A stretch of DNA of 64,000 nucleotides from Alphaproteobacteria bacterium (GCA_965242495.1 OZ251446.1:2751530-2815529); one strand, 5' to 3'. Positions 33,144 to 42,495 are shown, counted from the stretch's first letter. Numbers and translations: made by a program. Notes: generated from the letters alone by a model not told the origin.

Positions 33144-33914
33144 ATGAGAACGAGAGTCTATGTCGACGGCTTCAACCTGTACTACGGAGCGCTCAAGGGA
33201 ACGCCCTTCAAGTGGCTGAATCCTGTCGATCTGGCGCGCCGGGCGCTGCCGGCGGGATACGTCGTGGATAAGCTGCTTTACTTCACCGCCCATGTATCCG
33301 GCGTTTCGGACCCGGGCGCGCCGGCCCGCCAGCATGCCTACCTCACCGCGCTCCGCACGCTGCCGGAGGTGGAAGTGCATTTCGGGAGCTTTCTCGCCAA
33401 GACGGTCTGGCGTCCGCTCGTCAACCTGCCGGTGGCTGGCCGGCGGATCGACGCGCCGCGGCCGGTGACGTTGCCCGCGGGCGATCACCCGGTCGTCGGG
33501 TCGCGGATGCAGACGCTGCCCGTGGGCCGCTACCCCGAACGCGGCGCGGGAAGGAAGAAGCGACGCAAGGCGTCGGCCCCGCTGCCGGACGCATTGGTCG
33601 CGGAGTTTCACGCCATGGAGGAGAAAGGCTCCGACGTGAATCTTGCGGCCCATCTCCTGAACGACGCCTGGAGCGATTTGTTCGAGGCGGCGGCCGTCAT
33701 CTCGAACGATACCGATCTTGTGACTCCGATCCGCATGGTGACCGCCGAGCGGAGGAAGCAGGTCATCATCGTGTGTCCAGGGCGATGGCAGGTCGCGCCG
33801 AAGCTGCGCGCCGCGGCGAGCCATGCGCGCCATATTCGCCCCGCGATGCTGAGAGGGGCGCAGTTTCCCGACACGCTGCCGGGCGCTGCGGTCTCGAAGC
33901 CGACGGGCTGGTAA
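33144..33914 (+). CDS. NYN (LabA/DUF88, PIN-like) domain ribonuclease
   Basis: VYVDGFNLYYG, EEKGSDVNLA, VISNDTDL acidic motifs. Confidence 0.88.
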   Translation: MRTRVYVDGFNLYYGALKGTPFKWLNPVDLARRALPAGYVVDKLLYFTAHVSGVSDPGAPARQHAYLTALRTLPEVEVHFGSFLAKTVWRPLVNLPVAGRRIDAPRPVTLPAGDHPVVGSRMQTLPVGRYPERGAGRKKRRKASAPLPDALVAEFHAMEEKGSDVNLAAHLLNDAWSDLFEAAAVISNDTDLVTPIRMVTAERRKQVIIVCPGRWQVAPKLRAAASHARHIRPAMLRGAQFPDTLPGAAVSKPTGW

Positions 33915-34043
33915 GTGCGCGCGCCAAACCATTGAGCCTGCGACGGCGGCAAGGAAAGCGGGAATCCATGGCGGGGAAGGGCGGGTCCTCGGGCGTATCC
34001 GCCGACCGACGGCCTCCCCCGGTCCCTCGTCCCCACCGAAAAC

Positions 34044-34071
34044 TTGACGGGGGGGGGGGGGGGGTTATGCT
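34044..34071 (+). promoter_or_regulatory. Autotransporter 2 promoter with G16 spacer tract
   Basis: TTGAC-G16-T-TATGCT; 16-bp spacer. Confidence 0.65.
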
Positions 34072-34111
34072 GGAGTCGGCCGTTCCGCTCACGGGGTTTC
34101 GGAGAGACGCG

Positions 34112-37100
34112 ATGAACGCAACCGCCGCGCCGACGAAGACGAAGCCGGCGCGAACGCCGGCCGCCGCGCTCGCCCTGGGGGCGGCCCTCGTCCTCGGCGC
34201 CGCCGGAGAGGCGGCGGCCCAAGGGGTATGCGCCGGCGCTTTGCCCACCGCGCCCAACTCGAACGTGGGCGGCGTCCGAATCGTCTGCCAGGAAAGCAAC
34301 CCGAGCGCGAGCGGCATCCGGATCAACGCGGAGAGCGTCACCCTCTCCGTGACGTCGTCGAACTTCGCCTTCCGGCCCGCCATCGACGCCCGCCTCAACA
34401 GCGCCAGTGACGAGAACGACGTCAACGTCCGCCTGGGCCGGGGGCTCGTCATCAGCACGGGGGCCGCCAGGGAAGCTTTCATAGGCGCCTACGCCCGGAA
34501 CGCGGGCAGCGGCGCCACCACGGTCGTCATGGAGGACGGCGCCTCCATCACGACGACGGGCGGTGACGCCGACGGCATCCGTTATTCGAACCCGAGTACC
34601 GCGACGGGAACCACCGACGTCCGGATGACGGGCGGATCGATCACGACGTCGGGCACTGAGGCCCACGGGATCTATATCCTGCACAACGGGTCGGGCGCCT
34701 CCACCGTCAGCATGAGCGGCGGCGCCATCAAGGCGTCGGGCAGCCTCAGCAGCGGCATCTACGTCAACAAGCAGAGAGGCTCGGGCGACGCCACGATAAC
34801 CTTCTCGGGCGGCTCCATCGAGAAGTCGGGGGGGGACGGGGCCGGGATCGGCTTCTATGGCAACCCGGCTGCGAACGCGGCCAACGCCCGCATCCGCGTG
34901 ACGGGCGGCTCCATCGCGGTGGAGGGGGTGGCCAACGCCCACGGCGTGTACGTCGATCATCGGGGCGCGGGCGGAGGGGACGTCGCCATGACGGGCGGCT
35001 CCATCACGGCGTCGGGCGACAGCTTCTCCCACGGCGTGTTCGCCTTCCTGCGCAACGCGGCGAACGAAGCGCCGATCGTCATCGGCATGGCGGGCGGCTC
35101 GATCGCGACGAAGGGTCGCGCCTCCCTGGGTCTCTACGGGGCTCACCGGGGACTGGGTTCCGTCACGGTGACGATGGAAGGGGAAGCGGAGATCGCGACG
35201 TCGGGCGACAGTTCCGAAGGCATGTTCGCCCTTCTGGACAACGCCGCGAACGAAGCGGCGATCGTCATCGGCATGGCGGGCGGTTCGGTCGCGACGGAGG
35301 GTCGCCGCTCCTCGGGTCTCTACGGGGCTCACCATGGACTGGGCTCCGTCACGGTGACGACGGGAGGGGAAGCGGAGATCGAGACGCCGTTCGCCGTCGG
35401 CGTGGAGGGCCGGCTGGTCAACGCCGCGAACGCGGCCGGGCGCCTCGTCGTCACGCATGGCGGCGCGGTCGAGGCGGGGGACGTGGGCGTTCTCGCCTGG
35501 GCCGCGCGCCGGAGCGGCCATACCTCCGGCGACGGCGCGGAGGAGGCGGACGACGCGGCCAGGACCGAGCCCATGATCCACGTCACCTCGAGCGGCGACG
35601 TCACGGTCGGCGCGCAGGTGACGGACGCCTTCATCAGGAACAGGATCGCGGGCGACGACGGGACGCTCTCGGCGCGCGAGCGGGCCGTTCTCGACGCCAT
35701 CACCGCGGACGATTCGGACGCGCTGACGACGGCGCTGGAGGCTCTGCCCGCGGACTACGACGACGACTGGAAGGCGGAGGCCGAGAACCTTCGGCGAAAG
35801 CGCGCCGAGGGGACGGACGATTCGGTGCTGGCGGCCCGGGCGACGGAAGAGATCCTGGGCCTGACCAGGGCGGGGGTGCGGGCGCTGGCGCTCTCGCATG
35901 AAACGATTACCGGCCACGTGCGCTTCGGCGACGGCGACAGGGCGTTCTCGGACGCCGAGCGGACGGCGCTGGAGGCGGCGCTGACCGGCCGCGGCCTGGA
36001 GACGGCCCTGGCCGCGCTCCCCGCCGCCTACACCGATGCATGGAAGGACACGCTCCGGGCGCACGCGGCGAGCTACAACGCAGGCGATATCCAGGTGGAC
36101 GTGACCGGCGGGACCATCGCCGCCGAGGGCGACGGCGTGGACGCGCGCTACGCGCTGGCGCACGACCGGAACGGCGCCATCGCGGTGACCGTGGCCGATG
36201 GGGCGGAGATCACCGGCGGACGCCACGGCGTCCACGTCGGCGGGGCGGGCCTCGCCGCGGGCGGCGGGCTCCGCGACCAGACGGTGACGGTGAACGGCGC
36301 GGTCATGGGCGGGACCGGCGCGGGCGTCCACCTGGCCGGCGGCGGGCGGGTGACGGTCGGCAGGACCGGGCGCGTCGGCGCAACCTCGGGCGACGCCGTC
36401 CTCTCCGACGGCGCGGGCGGCCTCGTCGCGACGGTGGCCGGCGCGGTGGAGGGGCATGTCCGCGCCGAGGGCGGCGGGGACCTGACGGTGACGGTGGAGC
36501 GGGAAGGCGAGATCGCCGGCGACGTCCGCGCCGAGGGCGGCGGCGATTTGAGCGCGACGGTGTTGGGCATGGTGAAGGGCGACCTCCGCGCGATGGACGG
36601 CGGCGCCCTGACGGTGGACGTGCGGGAAGGTAGCGAGGTGACGGGAACGGTCCACGATCCCGTCGGCCCGCTGACGGTGCGCGGCTTCGTCGGGCGGCTT
36701 CTCTACGGCGACGGCGCGACGGTCACGGTGGCCAGGACGGGCCGGCTCACCGGCGTCGAGGGCGAGGCGCTCCGCAGCGCGGCCGGGGACCTGACCCTGA
36801 CCGTGGCCGGGATGGTCGCCGGCGACGTCCGCGGCCTTGGCGATGGCGATCTGGCGGCCGTGGTGTCCGGCAGGATCGATGGCGACCTTGTCGAGGAAGG
36901 CGCCGGCGACTTGCGCGCGACGATCTCGGGCGCGGTCGCGGGCGACGTTTTCGGCCGCGGCGCGGGCGAACACGTGGTCGCGGTGGCTGCGGGCGGGACG
37001 GTGACGGGCGTCATCCATCTGTCCGCCAGCACGGTGACGGTGAACGGCGAGGCGGGGCAGGTGCGGTTCGACGACGGCGGCGCGGTCACGGTGGGCGCGA

Positions 37101-38557
37101 CGGGCCGGATCTTGGGGATCGAGGATGTCGGCATCCGCGTCGGCGTCCGCAGCGAGACGGGCGATCTGTCGGCGACGATAGCGGGCGCGGTGACGGGCGA
37201 CGTTCTCGCCCTGGGGAGCGGAGAGCATCGGGCGTCGGTTCTGGAAGGCGGCCGGGTTTCGGGTAGGGTCCGCCTCGCCGCCGCGGGCGGCGTGGTGACG
37301 GTCGGCGGCGTCGCCGGGCAGGTGCTGCTGGACGGCGGCGGGTCGGTGACGGTGGGCGAAGCGGGCGAGATCGTCGGCGTCGCGGAGGACCCCGACGACC
37401 CCGACGCGATCCGCAGCGAGCGGGGCGAACTCGAGGTGACGGTCTGCCGGGGCGCGGGCGAAACGTTGCGCGGCGCCGCGGGCCGGCTCGGCGGTCGTCG
37501 GATCGTCGAGAAAGGCGGCGTCCCGCGCGTGCTGTACCGGGCCGGGTGCGGCGGTCCCGCGGTGGAGATCGGCGCGCTGGGCGCGCCGGAGGCGGCGCCG
37601 GACGGCGCCTTCGACGTGGGGTTGGCGGCGGACGAGGACGGCGGCGTGCGGCTGCGGCCGGAATACGCGCCGCGTTCGCGCGTGTACGAGGCGCTGCCGT
37701 CGGCGCTGCTGGGGTTGAACGATCTGCCGACGCATCGCGACCGGCTGTCGGCGCTGCGTTCGTCGAACGGGATCTGGGCGCGCGTGGAGGCGGAGGGCGG
37801 CGAGCGCCGGGCGAAGCGTTCGACGTCCGCGGCCGCCCTCTCCTACGACCATCGCCGTTACGGCGTGCGGACCGGCGTGGACGTTCCGTTGGGCGCGTCC
37901 GGCATGGCGGGCGTCTCGGCGCATCGCCTGCGCGGGTCCGCGGAACTGTCGGGGAAGGACGGCGAGATCGAGGCGTCGGGCGCGGGTTTCGGCGTGTCGG
38001 GCGCATGGCGGTTCCCGGACGGCGTCTACGTCGACGGGCAGGCGCAGGCGACGTGGTACGAGGCGGACGTGAAGTCGGGGCTGCGCGGGATGCTGAAGTC
38101 CGGGGCCAGGGGCTTCGGCTACGCGCTTGGGCTGGAGGCGGGCCGCCGGCTGGCCCTGGGCGTGGTGACGCTGACGCCGCGCGCGCGTCTGGCGCGTTCG
38201 CAGCTGCGGCTGAACGACTTCACCGACGCCCTGGGCGGTCGGGTGTCGCTGGAGAAGGGGCGCAGCGTGACCGGTCGCGCGGGGCTGCGCGTCGAGGCCG
38301 CGCCGTCGGGCCCCGGCGGCGGTCGGCTGTTCGCTTCGGCGGAGGTGGAGCGGGAGTTTGTGGCCGAGACGCGGATGCGCGTGTCGGGCGAAGGGCTGTC
38401 CTCGGAGCGCGACGCGACCCGGGCGCGTCTGGCCCTGGGCGGTTCGCATGAATGGGGCGAGGGCCGCTACGCCGTGCAAGGCGCGGCAAGCTACGCCGCC
38501 GGCCGCCGCGGCAACCGCAGCTACGGCGGCGCGCTGAACCTGAAGCTGCGCTTCTGA
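34112..38557 (+). CDS. Large autotransporter 2
   Basis: MNATAAPTK...AAAQGVCAG signal; GGSI-type beta-helix repeats; barrel almost identical to autotransporter 1. Confidence 0.88.
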   Translation: MNATAAPTKTKPARTPAAALALGAALVLGAAGEAAAQGVCAGALPTAPNSNVGGVRIVCQESNPSASGIRINAESVTLSVTSSNFAFRPAIDARLNSASDENDVNVRLGRGLVISTGAAREAFIGAYARNAGSGATTVVMEDGASITTTGGDADGIRYSNPSTATGTTDVRMTGGSITTSGTEAHGIYILHNGSGASTVSMSGGAIKASGSLSSGIYVNKQRGSGDATITFSGGSIEKSGGDGAGIGFYGNPAANAANARIRVTGGSIAVEGVANAHGVYVDHRGAGGGDVAMTGGSITASGDSFSHGVFAFLRNAANEAPIVIGMAGGSIATKGRASLGLYGAHRGLGSVTVTMEGEAEIATSGDSSEGMFALLDNAANEAAIVIGMAGGSVATEGRRSSGLYGAHHGLGSVTVTTGGEAEIETPFAVGVEGRLVNAANAAGRLVVTHGGAVEAGDVGVLAWAARRSGHTSGDGAEEADDAARTEPMIHVTSSGDVTVGAQVTDAFIRNRIAGDDGTLSARERAVLDAITADDSDALTTALEALPADYDDDWKAEAENLRRKRAEGTDDSVLAARATEEILGLTRAGVRALALSHETITGHVRFGDGDRAFSDAERTALEAALTGRGLETALAALPAAYTDAWKDTLRAHAASYNAGDIQVDVTGGTIAAEGDGVDARYALAHDRNGAIAVTVADGAEITGGRHGVHVGGAGLAAGGGLRDQTVTVNGAVMGGTGAGVHLAGGGRVTVGRTGRVGATSGDAVLSDGAGGLVATVAGAVEGHVRAEGGGDLTVTVEREGEIAGDVRAEGGGDLSATVLGMVKGDLRAMDGGALTVDVREGSEVTGTVHDPVGPLTVRGFVGRLLYGDGATVTVARTGRLTGVEGEALRSAAGDLTLTVAGMVAGDVRGLGDGDLAAVVSGRIDGDLVEEGAGDLRATISGAVAGDVFGRGAGEHVVAVAAGGTVTGVIHLSASTVTVNGEAGQVRFDDGGAVTVGATGRILGIEDVGIRVGVRSETGDLSATIAGAVTGDVLALGSGEHRASVLEGGRVSGRVRLAAAGGVVTVGGVAGQVLLDGGGSVTVGEAGEIVGVAEDPDDPDAIRSERGELEVTVCRGAGETLRGAAGRLGGRRIVEKGGVPRVLYRAGCGGPAVEIGALGAPEAAPDGAFDVGLAADEDGGVRLRPEYAPRSRVYEALPSALLGLNDLPTHRDRLSALRSSNGIWARVEAEGGERRAKRSTSAAALSYDHRRYGVRTGVDVPLGASGMAGVSAHRLRGSAELSGKDGEIEASGAGFGVSGAWRFPDGVYVDGQAQATWYEADVKSGLRGMLKSGARGFGYALGLEAGRRLALGVVTLTPRARLARSQLRLNDFTDALGGRVSLEKGRSVTGRAGLRVEAAPSGPGGGRLFASAEVEREFVAETRMRVSGEGLSSERDATRARLALGGSHEWGEGRYAVQGAASYAAGRRGNRSYGGALNLKLRF

Positions 38558-38621
38558 CGCGGTCCCGCTTTCCCGGAGCCTGCCCCCGGCCCGTCCTCCC
38601 CCCTTCGTCATTCCCGCGAAA

Positions 38622-38772
38622 GAGTGTGTGAAGAAATCCCAATACATCCGCGTAATTCGGGATTTTCGCCATGTCGATAGGAACACAAATGATCTATATA
38701 AGGAACGTATGTGGGTCAAATGTAGTGAATCGACTGGATAGACCACAGGTCTTGGGGTTTCTTCACACACTC
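38622..38772. mobile_element. 151-bp MITE, copy 2
   Basis: Same length, near-identical TIRs and GAAA duplication (38618-38621, 38773-38776) inside GTCATTCCCGC...GCGGGAATCCA. Confidence 0.85.
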
Positions 38773-38854
38773 GAAAGCGGGAATCCATGGCGGGAGAGGG
38801 CGGGTCCCCGGGCGTATCCGTCGGCCGACGGCCTCCCTCGTCTCCACGGAAAAC

Positions 38855-38874
38855 TTGACGGGGGGGGGTATGCT
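38855..38874 (+). promoter_or_regulatory. Paralogous promoter with collapsed G9 tract
   Basis: TTGAC-G9-TATGCT; only 8-bp spacer. Confidence 0.55.
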
Positions 38875-38914
38875 GGAGTCGGTCGTTCCGCTCACGGGGT
38901 TTCGGAGAGACGCG

Positions 38915-39127
38915 ATGAACGCAACCGCCGCGCCGATGAAGACGAAGCCGGCGCGGCCGCCGGCCGCCGCGCTCGCCCTGGGGCTGGCCCTCGCCCTCGG
39001 CGCCGCCGGAGAGGCGGCGGCCCGGGGAGTATGCGCCGGCGAGCTCGCCGCGCGCGCGGGCGGCCCGGCGGGAGGCGGCCCGGCGGGAGGCGGCCCGGGC
39101 GCCGTCTCCGCCCTTGCCGGCAAGTGA
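38915..39127 (+). pseudogene. Autotransporter 3 stub (signal peptide only)
   Basis: MNATAAPMKTKPARPPAAALALGLALALGAAGEAAARGVCAG nearly identical to the AT2 start, then 15-bp tandem repeats and a stop. Confidence 0.75.
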
Positions 39128-39199
39128 CGCCGCCGCCATGCGGCCTGCGCCGGGCGCCGCCGCTTGCAGCCGCGCGGCCGCGGCCCTATGCTGGCGCGC

Positions 39200-39928
39200 A
39201 TGGCGCAGGCGATGAACCCCGCGGCCGACGGCCCGCCGGGGCCGGAATATCTGGCCCCGACGTCCTGGTTCGATTTCGATCGGCCGATCGTTCGCGACTT
39301 CGCCGCGCGCGCGACCGCGGGCGCGGCGAGCGCGACCGACAAGGCGGTCCGGCTCTACTACGCGGTGCGCGACGGCATCCGCTACGACCCGTACAGCCTG
39401 GAGCGCGACCCGGCGACCTACCGGGCGAGCCGGGTGCTCGCCGACGGGGCCGCCTTCTGCATCCCCAAGGCCATCCTGCTGGTCGCCGCGGCCAGGGCCT
39501 GCGGCGTCCCGGCCGGGCTCGGCCTCGCCGACGTGACCAACCATCTGTGCACCGAACGCCTGCTCCGCATCCTCGGCGGCAACCGGCTGTTCCCGCATCA
39601 CGGCTATGCGGCCCTCCATCTCGACGGGCGCTGGGTCAAGGCCGCGCCCGCCTTCAACGTCGAGCTCTGCGACAAGTTCGACGTGGCCCCCAGCGAGTTC
39701 GACGGCCGCAACCACGCCTTGTTGCAGGAATACGACCGGCGCGGTCGCCGGCATATGGACTACGTCGCCGATCACGGCGTCTGGCCCGACTTCCCCTATG
39801 ACCGGGTGATGGACGACCTCGCCGCCTTCTATCCGGCGACGGTGTTCGACGATCTGGCGCGGGCGCGGGCGGACAACGCCGCCAGGGCCCGGCCCGCCTT
39901 CGCCGACGAGCGGCGGTCTCCGGCCTGA
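39200..39928 (+). CDS. Transglutaminase-like family protein
   Basis: LYYAVRDGIRYDPY, FCIPKAILL, HGY, WVKAAPAFN. Confidence 0.85.
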   Translation: MAQAMNPAADGPPGPEYLAPTSWFDFDRPIVRDFAARATAGAASATDKAVRLYYAVRDGIRYDPYSLERDPATYRASRVLADGAAFCIPKAILLVAAARACGVPAGLGLADVTNHLCTERLLRILGGNRLFPHHGYAALHLDGRWVKAAPAFNVELCDKFDVAPSEFDGRNHALLQEYDRRGRRHMDYVADHGVWPDFPYDRVMDDLAAFYPATVFDDLARARADNAARARPAFADERRSPA

Positions 39929-39932
39929 CGCC

Positions 39933-40892
39933 ATGGGCGTCGGCGTCGCCGCGGTCTTCGGCGGGTCGGGGTTCGTCGGCCGCTACGTCGTCCGCGCCCT
40001 CGCCCGCCGGGGGGCGCGCGTCCGCGTCGCCGTCCGGCGTCCCGAACGCGCCCTGTTCCTGAAGACCGCGGGCGCGCCGGGCCAGATCGTCCCGGTCGCC
40101 GCCAACCTGCGCGACGACGACTCGGTCCGCGCCGCGGTCGAAGGCGCGGATGCGGTGGTCAATCTGGTCGGCATCCTGTTCGAGCGCGGCCGCCAGCGCT
40201 TCGACGCGGTCCACCGGGCGGGCGCCGGGCGGGTGGCGCGGCTCGCCCGCGCCGCCGGGGCGCGGCGGCTGCTCCACGTCTCGGCCCTCGGCGCGTCGTC
40301 GTCTTCGCCCTCGGCCTACGCCCGCTCCAAGGCGGCCGGCGAGGCGGCGGCGCGGGACGCCTTCCCCGGCGCCGTCGTGGTTCGGCCGAGCATCGTCTTC
40401 GGGCCGGAGGACGATTTCTTCAACCGCTTCGCCGCCCTGGCCCGGCTGACCCCGGCGCTGCCGCTGTTCGGCGGCGGCGCCACCCGCTTCCAGCCGGTCT
40501 ATGTCGGCGACGTGGCCCGCGCCGCGGCGGCGCTGCTCGACGCCGCCGACGCCGCCGGGCGGACCTTCGAACTGGCCGGCCCCCAGGTCCGGTCGTTCAA
40601 GGCGCTCCTGGAGCTGGTGCTGGAGGCGACCGGCCGCCGCCGGCTGCTGCTGCCGGTCCCCTACGCGCTGGGCGAGATCAAGGCGAGCCTGCTGCAGCTG
40701 CTGCCCGCGCCGCCGCTGACGCGCGACCAGGTCCGGCTGCTGCGGGCCGACAACGTGGCCGGCGGGACCTTGCCGGGGCTGGCCCAGCTCGGCATCGAGC
40801 CCACCGCCCTCGAAGCCGTCGTCCCCGCCTGTCTCGAACGCTACCGCCGCCGCGGCGCCCGCCCCCGGGGCGGCGCGCCCGGGACGGCGTGA
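39933..40892 (+). CDS. Complex I NDUFA9-like NAD(P)-binding protein
   Basis: VFGGSGFVGRYVV, NLVGILFE, YARSKAAGE, RPSIVFGPEDDFFNRF. Confidence 0.9.
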   Translation: MGVGVAAVFGGSGFVGRYVVRALARRGARVRVAVRRPERALFLKTAGAPGQIVPVAANLRDDDSVRAAVEGADAVVNLVGILFERGRQRFDAVHRAGAGRVARLARAAGARRLLHVSALGASSSSPSAYARSKAAGEAAARDAFPGAVVVRPSIVFGPEDDFFNRFAALARLTPALPLFGGGATRFQPVYVGDVARAAAALLDAADAAGRTFELAGPQVRSFKALLELVLEATGRRRLLLPVPYALGEIKASLLQLLPAPPLTRDQVRLLRADNVAGGTLPGLAQLGIEPTALEAVVPACLERYRRRGARPRGGAPGTA

Positions 40893-40929
40893 CGCCGGCG
40901 AGGGACCGGCCGGACAGGGAGGAAACCCG

Positions 40930-42459
40930 ATGGAATTCACGCTGCCGACGACCGAAGCGATCAAGCGGATCGGCGCCGGTCTCGGGTTCGAGATCGACGA
41001 CGCGGGCGCCGCCGACATGCTGGCCTACATGGCGCCCTTCGCCGACGGGTTCAACGCCGTGGACGCGCTGTCCGACGACCTGCCCGCGGTGAAGTATCCG
41101 CGCGGCGCATGGCGGCGGCCGGCGGCGGCGGAAAACCCGTACAACGCCTGGTCCGTCAAGTGTTCGATCCGGGGCGCCGCCGCCGGCATGCTCGCCGGCA
41201 AGCGGGTCGCGATCAAGGATTCCGCCTGCGTCGCCGGCCTCCCGATGATGAACGGGGCCTCGGTGCTCGAGGGCTACGTCCCCGAATTCGACGCCTCGGT
41301 GGTCGCCCGCCTCCTCGACCACGGCGCCGAGATCGTCGGCAAGGCCGAGTGCGAGTATTTCTGCATCTCCGGCGGCAGCAGCACCTGCGCCAACGGCTAC
41401 GTCGAGAGCCCGCGCAACCCGGGGCATACGCCGGGCGGCTCCTCGACCGGGAGCGCCGCCCTGGTCGCCGCCGGCGAGGTCGACATGGCGCTCGGCGGCG
41501 ATCAGGCGGGGTCGATCCGCATCCCCGCCTCCTATTCCGGGATCGTCGGCGTCAAGCCGACCTTCGGCCTGGTGCCCTATACCGGCATCATGGGGATCGA
41601 GGCGACGATCGACCACACCGGCCCGCTCACCGCCGACGTCGCCGCCAACGCCTTGTTCCTGGAGGCGATGGCGGGGGAGGACGGCCTCGACCCGCGCCAG
41701 CGCGCCGCGGTCGCCGCCCCGCCCTGCGCCGACGCCCTCGGGCGGAGCGCCGCGGGACTCCGGATCGCGGTCGTCGCCGAGGGGTTCGGCCGCTACGACT
41801 CGGAGGCCGACGTCGATGCGACCGTGCGCGCCGCGGCGGCGCGGCTGCGGGCGCTCGGCGCCGAGGTCGACGAGGTCTCGATCCCGCTGCATGCGACCGG
41901 CTCCTCGATCTGGGGCGCGATCTGCCTCGACGCCATCTACCGCCAGATGCACCGGGGCTACGGGTTCGGCGGCAACGTCGGCGGCGTCTACCCGACGACG
42001 CTGATCGACCGCCTCGCCGCGGCCGGCGACCGGATGCGGGAGCTGCCGCACACGCTGCGCTTCGCCCTGCTGCTGGGCCGCTACGCCGACCAGGCCTATG
42101 GCGGCCATTTCCACGCCAAGGGGCAGAACGCCCGGCGCGCGCTGCGGGCGGCCTATGACGAGGCCCTCGCCGGCCGCGACCTGCTGCTGATGCCGACGAC
42201 GCCGATGAAGACGTCGCGCATCGTCCCCCGCGACGGGCCGTTCCTCGAGGTGATGCGGCATTGCTGGGAGGCGATCGGCAACACCTGCCCGTTCAACGTC
42301 ACCGGCCACCCGGCGATCTCGCTCCCCTGCGGCCTCGCCGACGACCGCCCGGTCGGGCTGATGCTGATCGGCCGCCACTTCGACGAACCCACCCTCTATC
42401 GCGCCGCCCACGCCTTCGAACAGTCCGCCGACTGGCGGACCATGGGCCCCGCGGGCTAG
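40930..42459 (+). CDS. Amidase signature family enzyme 1
   Basis: AIKD lysine, GGSSTGS, GGDQAGSIRIPAS. Confidence 0.92.
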   Translation: MEFTLPTTEAIKRIGAGLGFEIDDAGAADMLAYMAPFADGFNAVDALSDDLPAVKYPRGAWRRPAAAENPYNAWSVKCSIRGAAAGMLAGKRVAIKDSACVAGLPMMNGASVLEGYVPEFDASVVARLLDHGAEIVGKAECEYFCISGGSSTCANGYVESPRNPGHTPGGSSTGSAALVAAGEVDMALGGDQAGSIRIPASYSGIVGVKPTFGLVPYTGIMGIEATIDHTGPLTADVAANALFLEAMAGEDGLDPRQRAAVAAPPCADALGRSAAGLRIAVVAEGFGRYDSEADVDATVRAAAARLRALGAEVDEVSIPLHATGSSIWGAICLDAIYRQMHRGYGFGGNVGGVYPTTLIDRLAAAGDRMRELPHTLRFALLLGRYADQAYGGHFHAKGQNARRALRAAYDEALAGRDLLLMPTTPMKTSRIVPRDGPFLEVMRHCWEAIGNTCPFNVTGHPAISLPCGLADDRPVGLMLIGRHFDEPTLYRAAHAFEQSADWRTMGPAG

Positions 42460-42495
42460 CCCGCGCCGGCGTTCCGCCCCGCCGCCGCCCCGGGG

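Noticed and set aside
32520-38880. Recurrent intergenic repeats as a CRISPR array or integron attC cassettes
   Set aside because: No regular repeat-spacer period, no cas genes, no intact integron integrase and no consistent RYYYAAC/GTTRRRY ends
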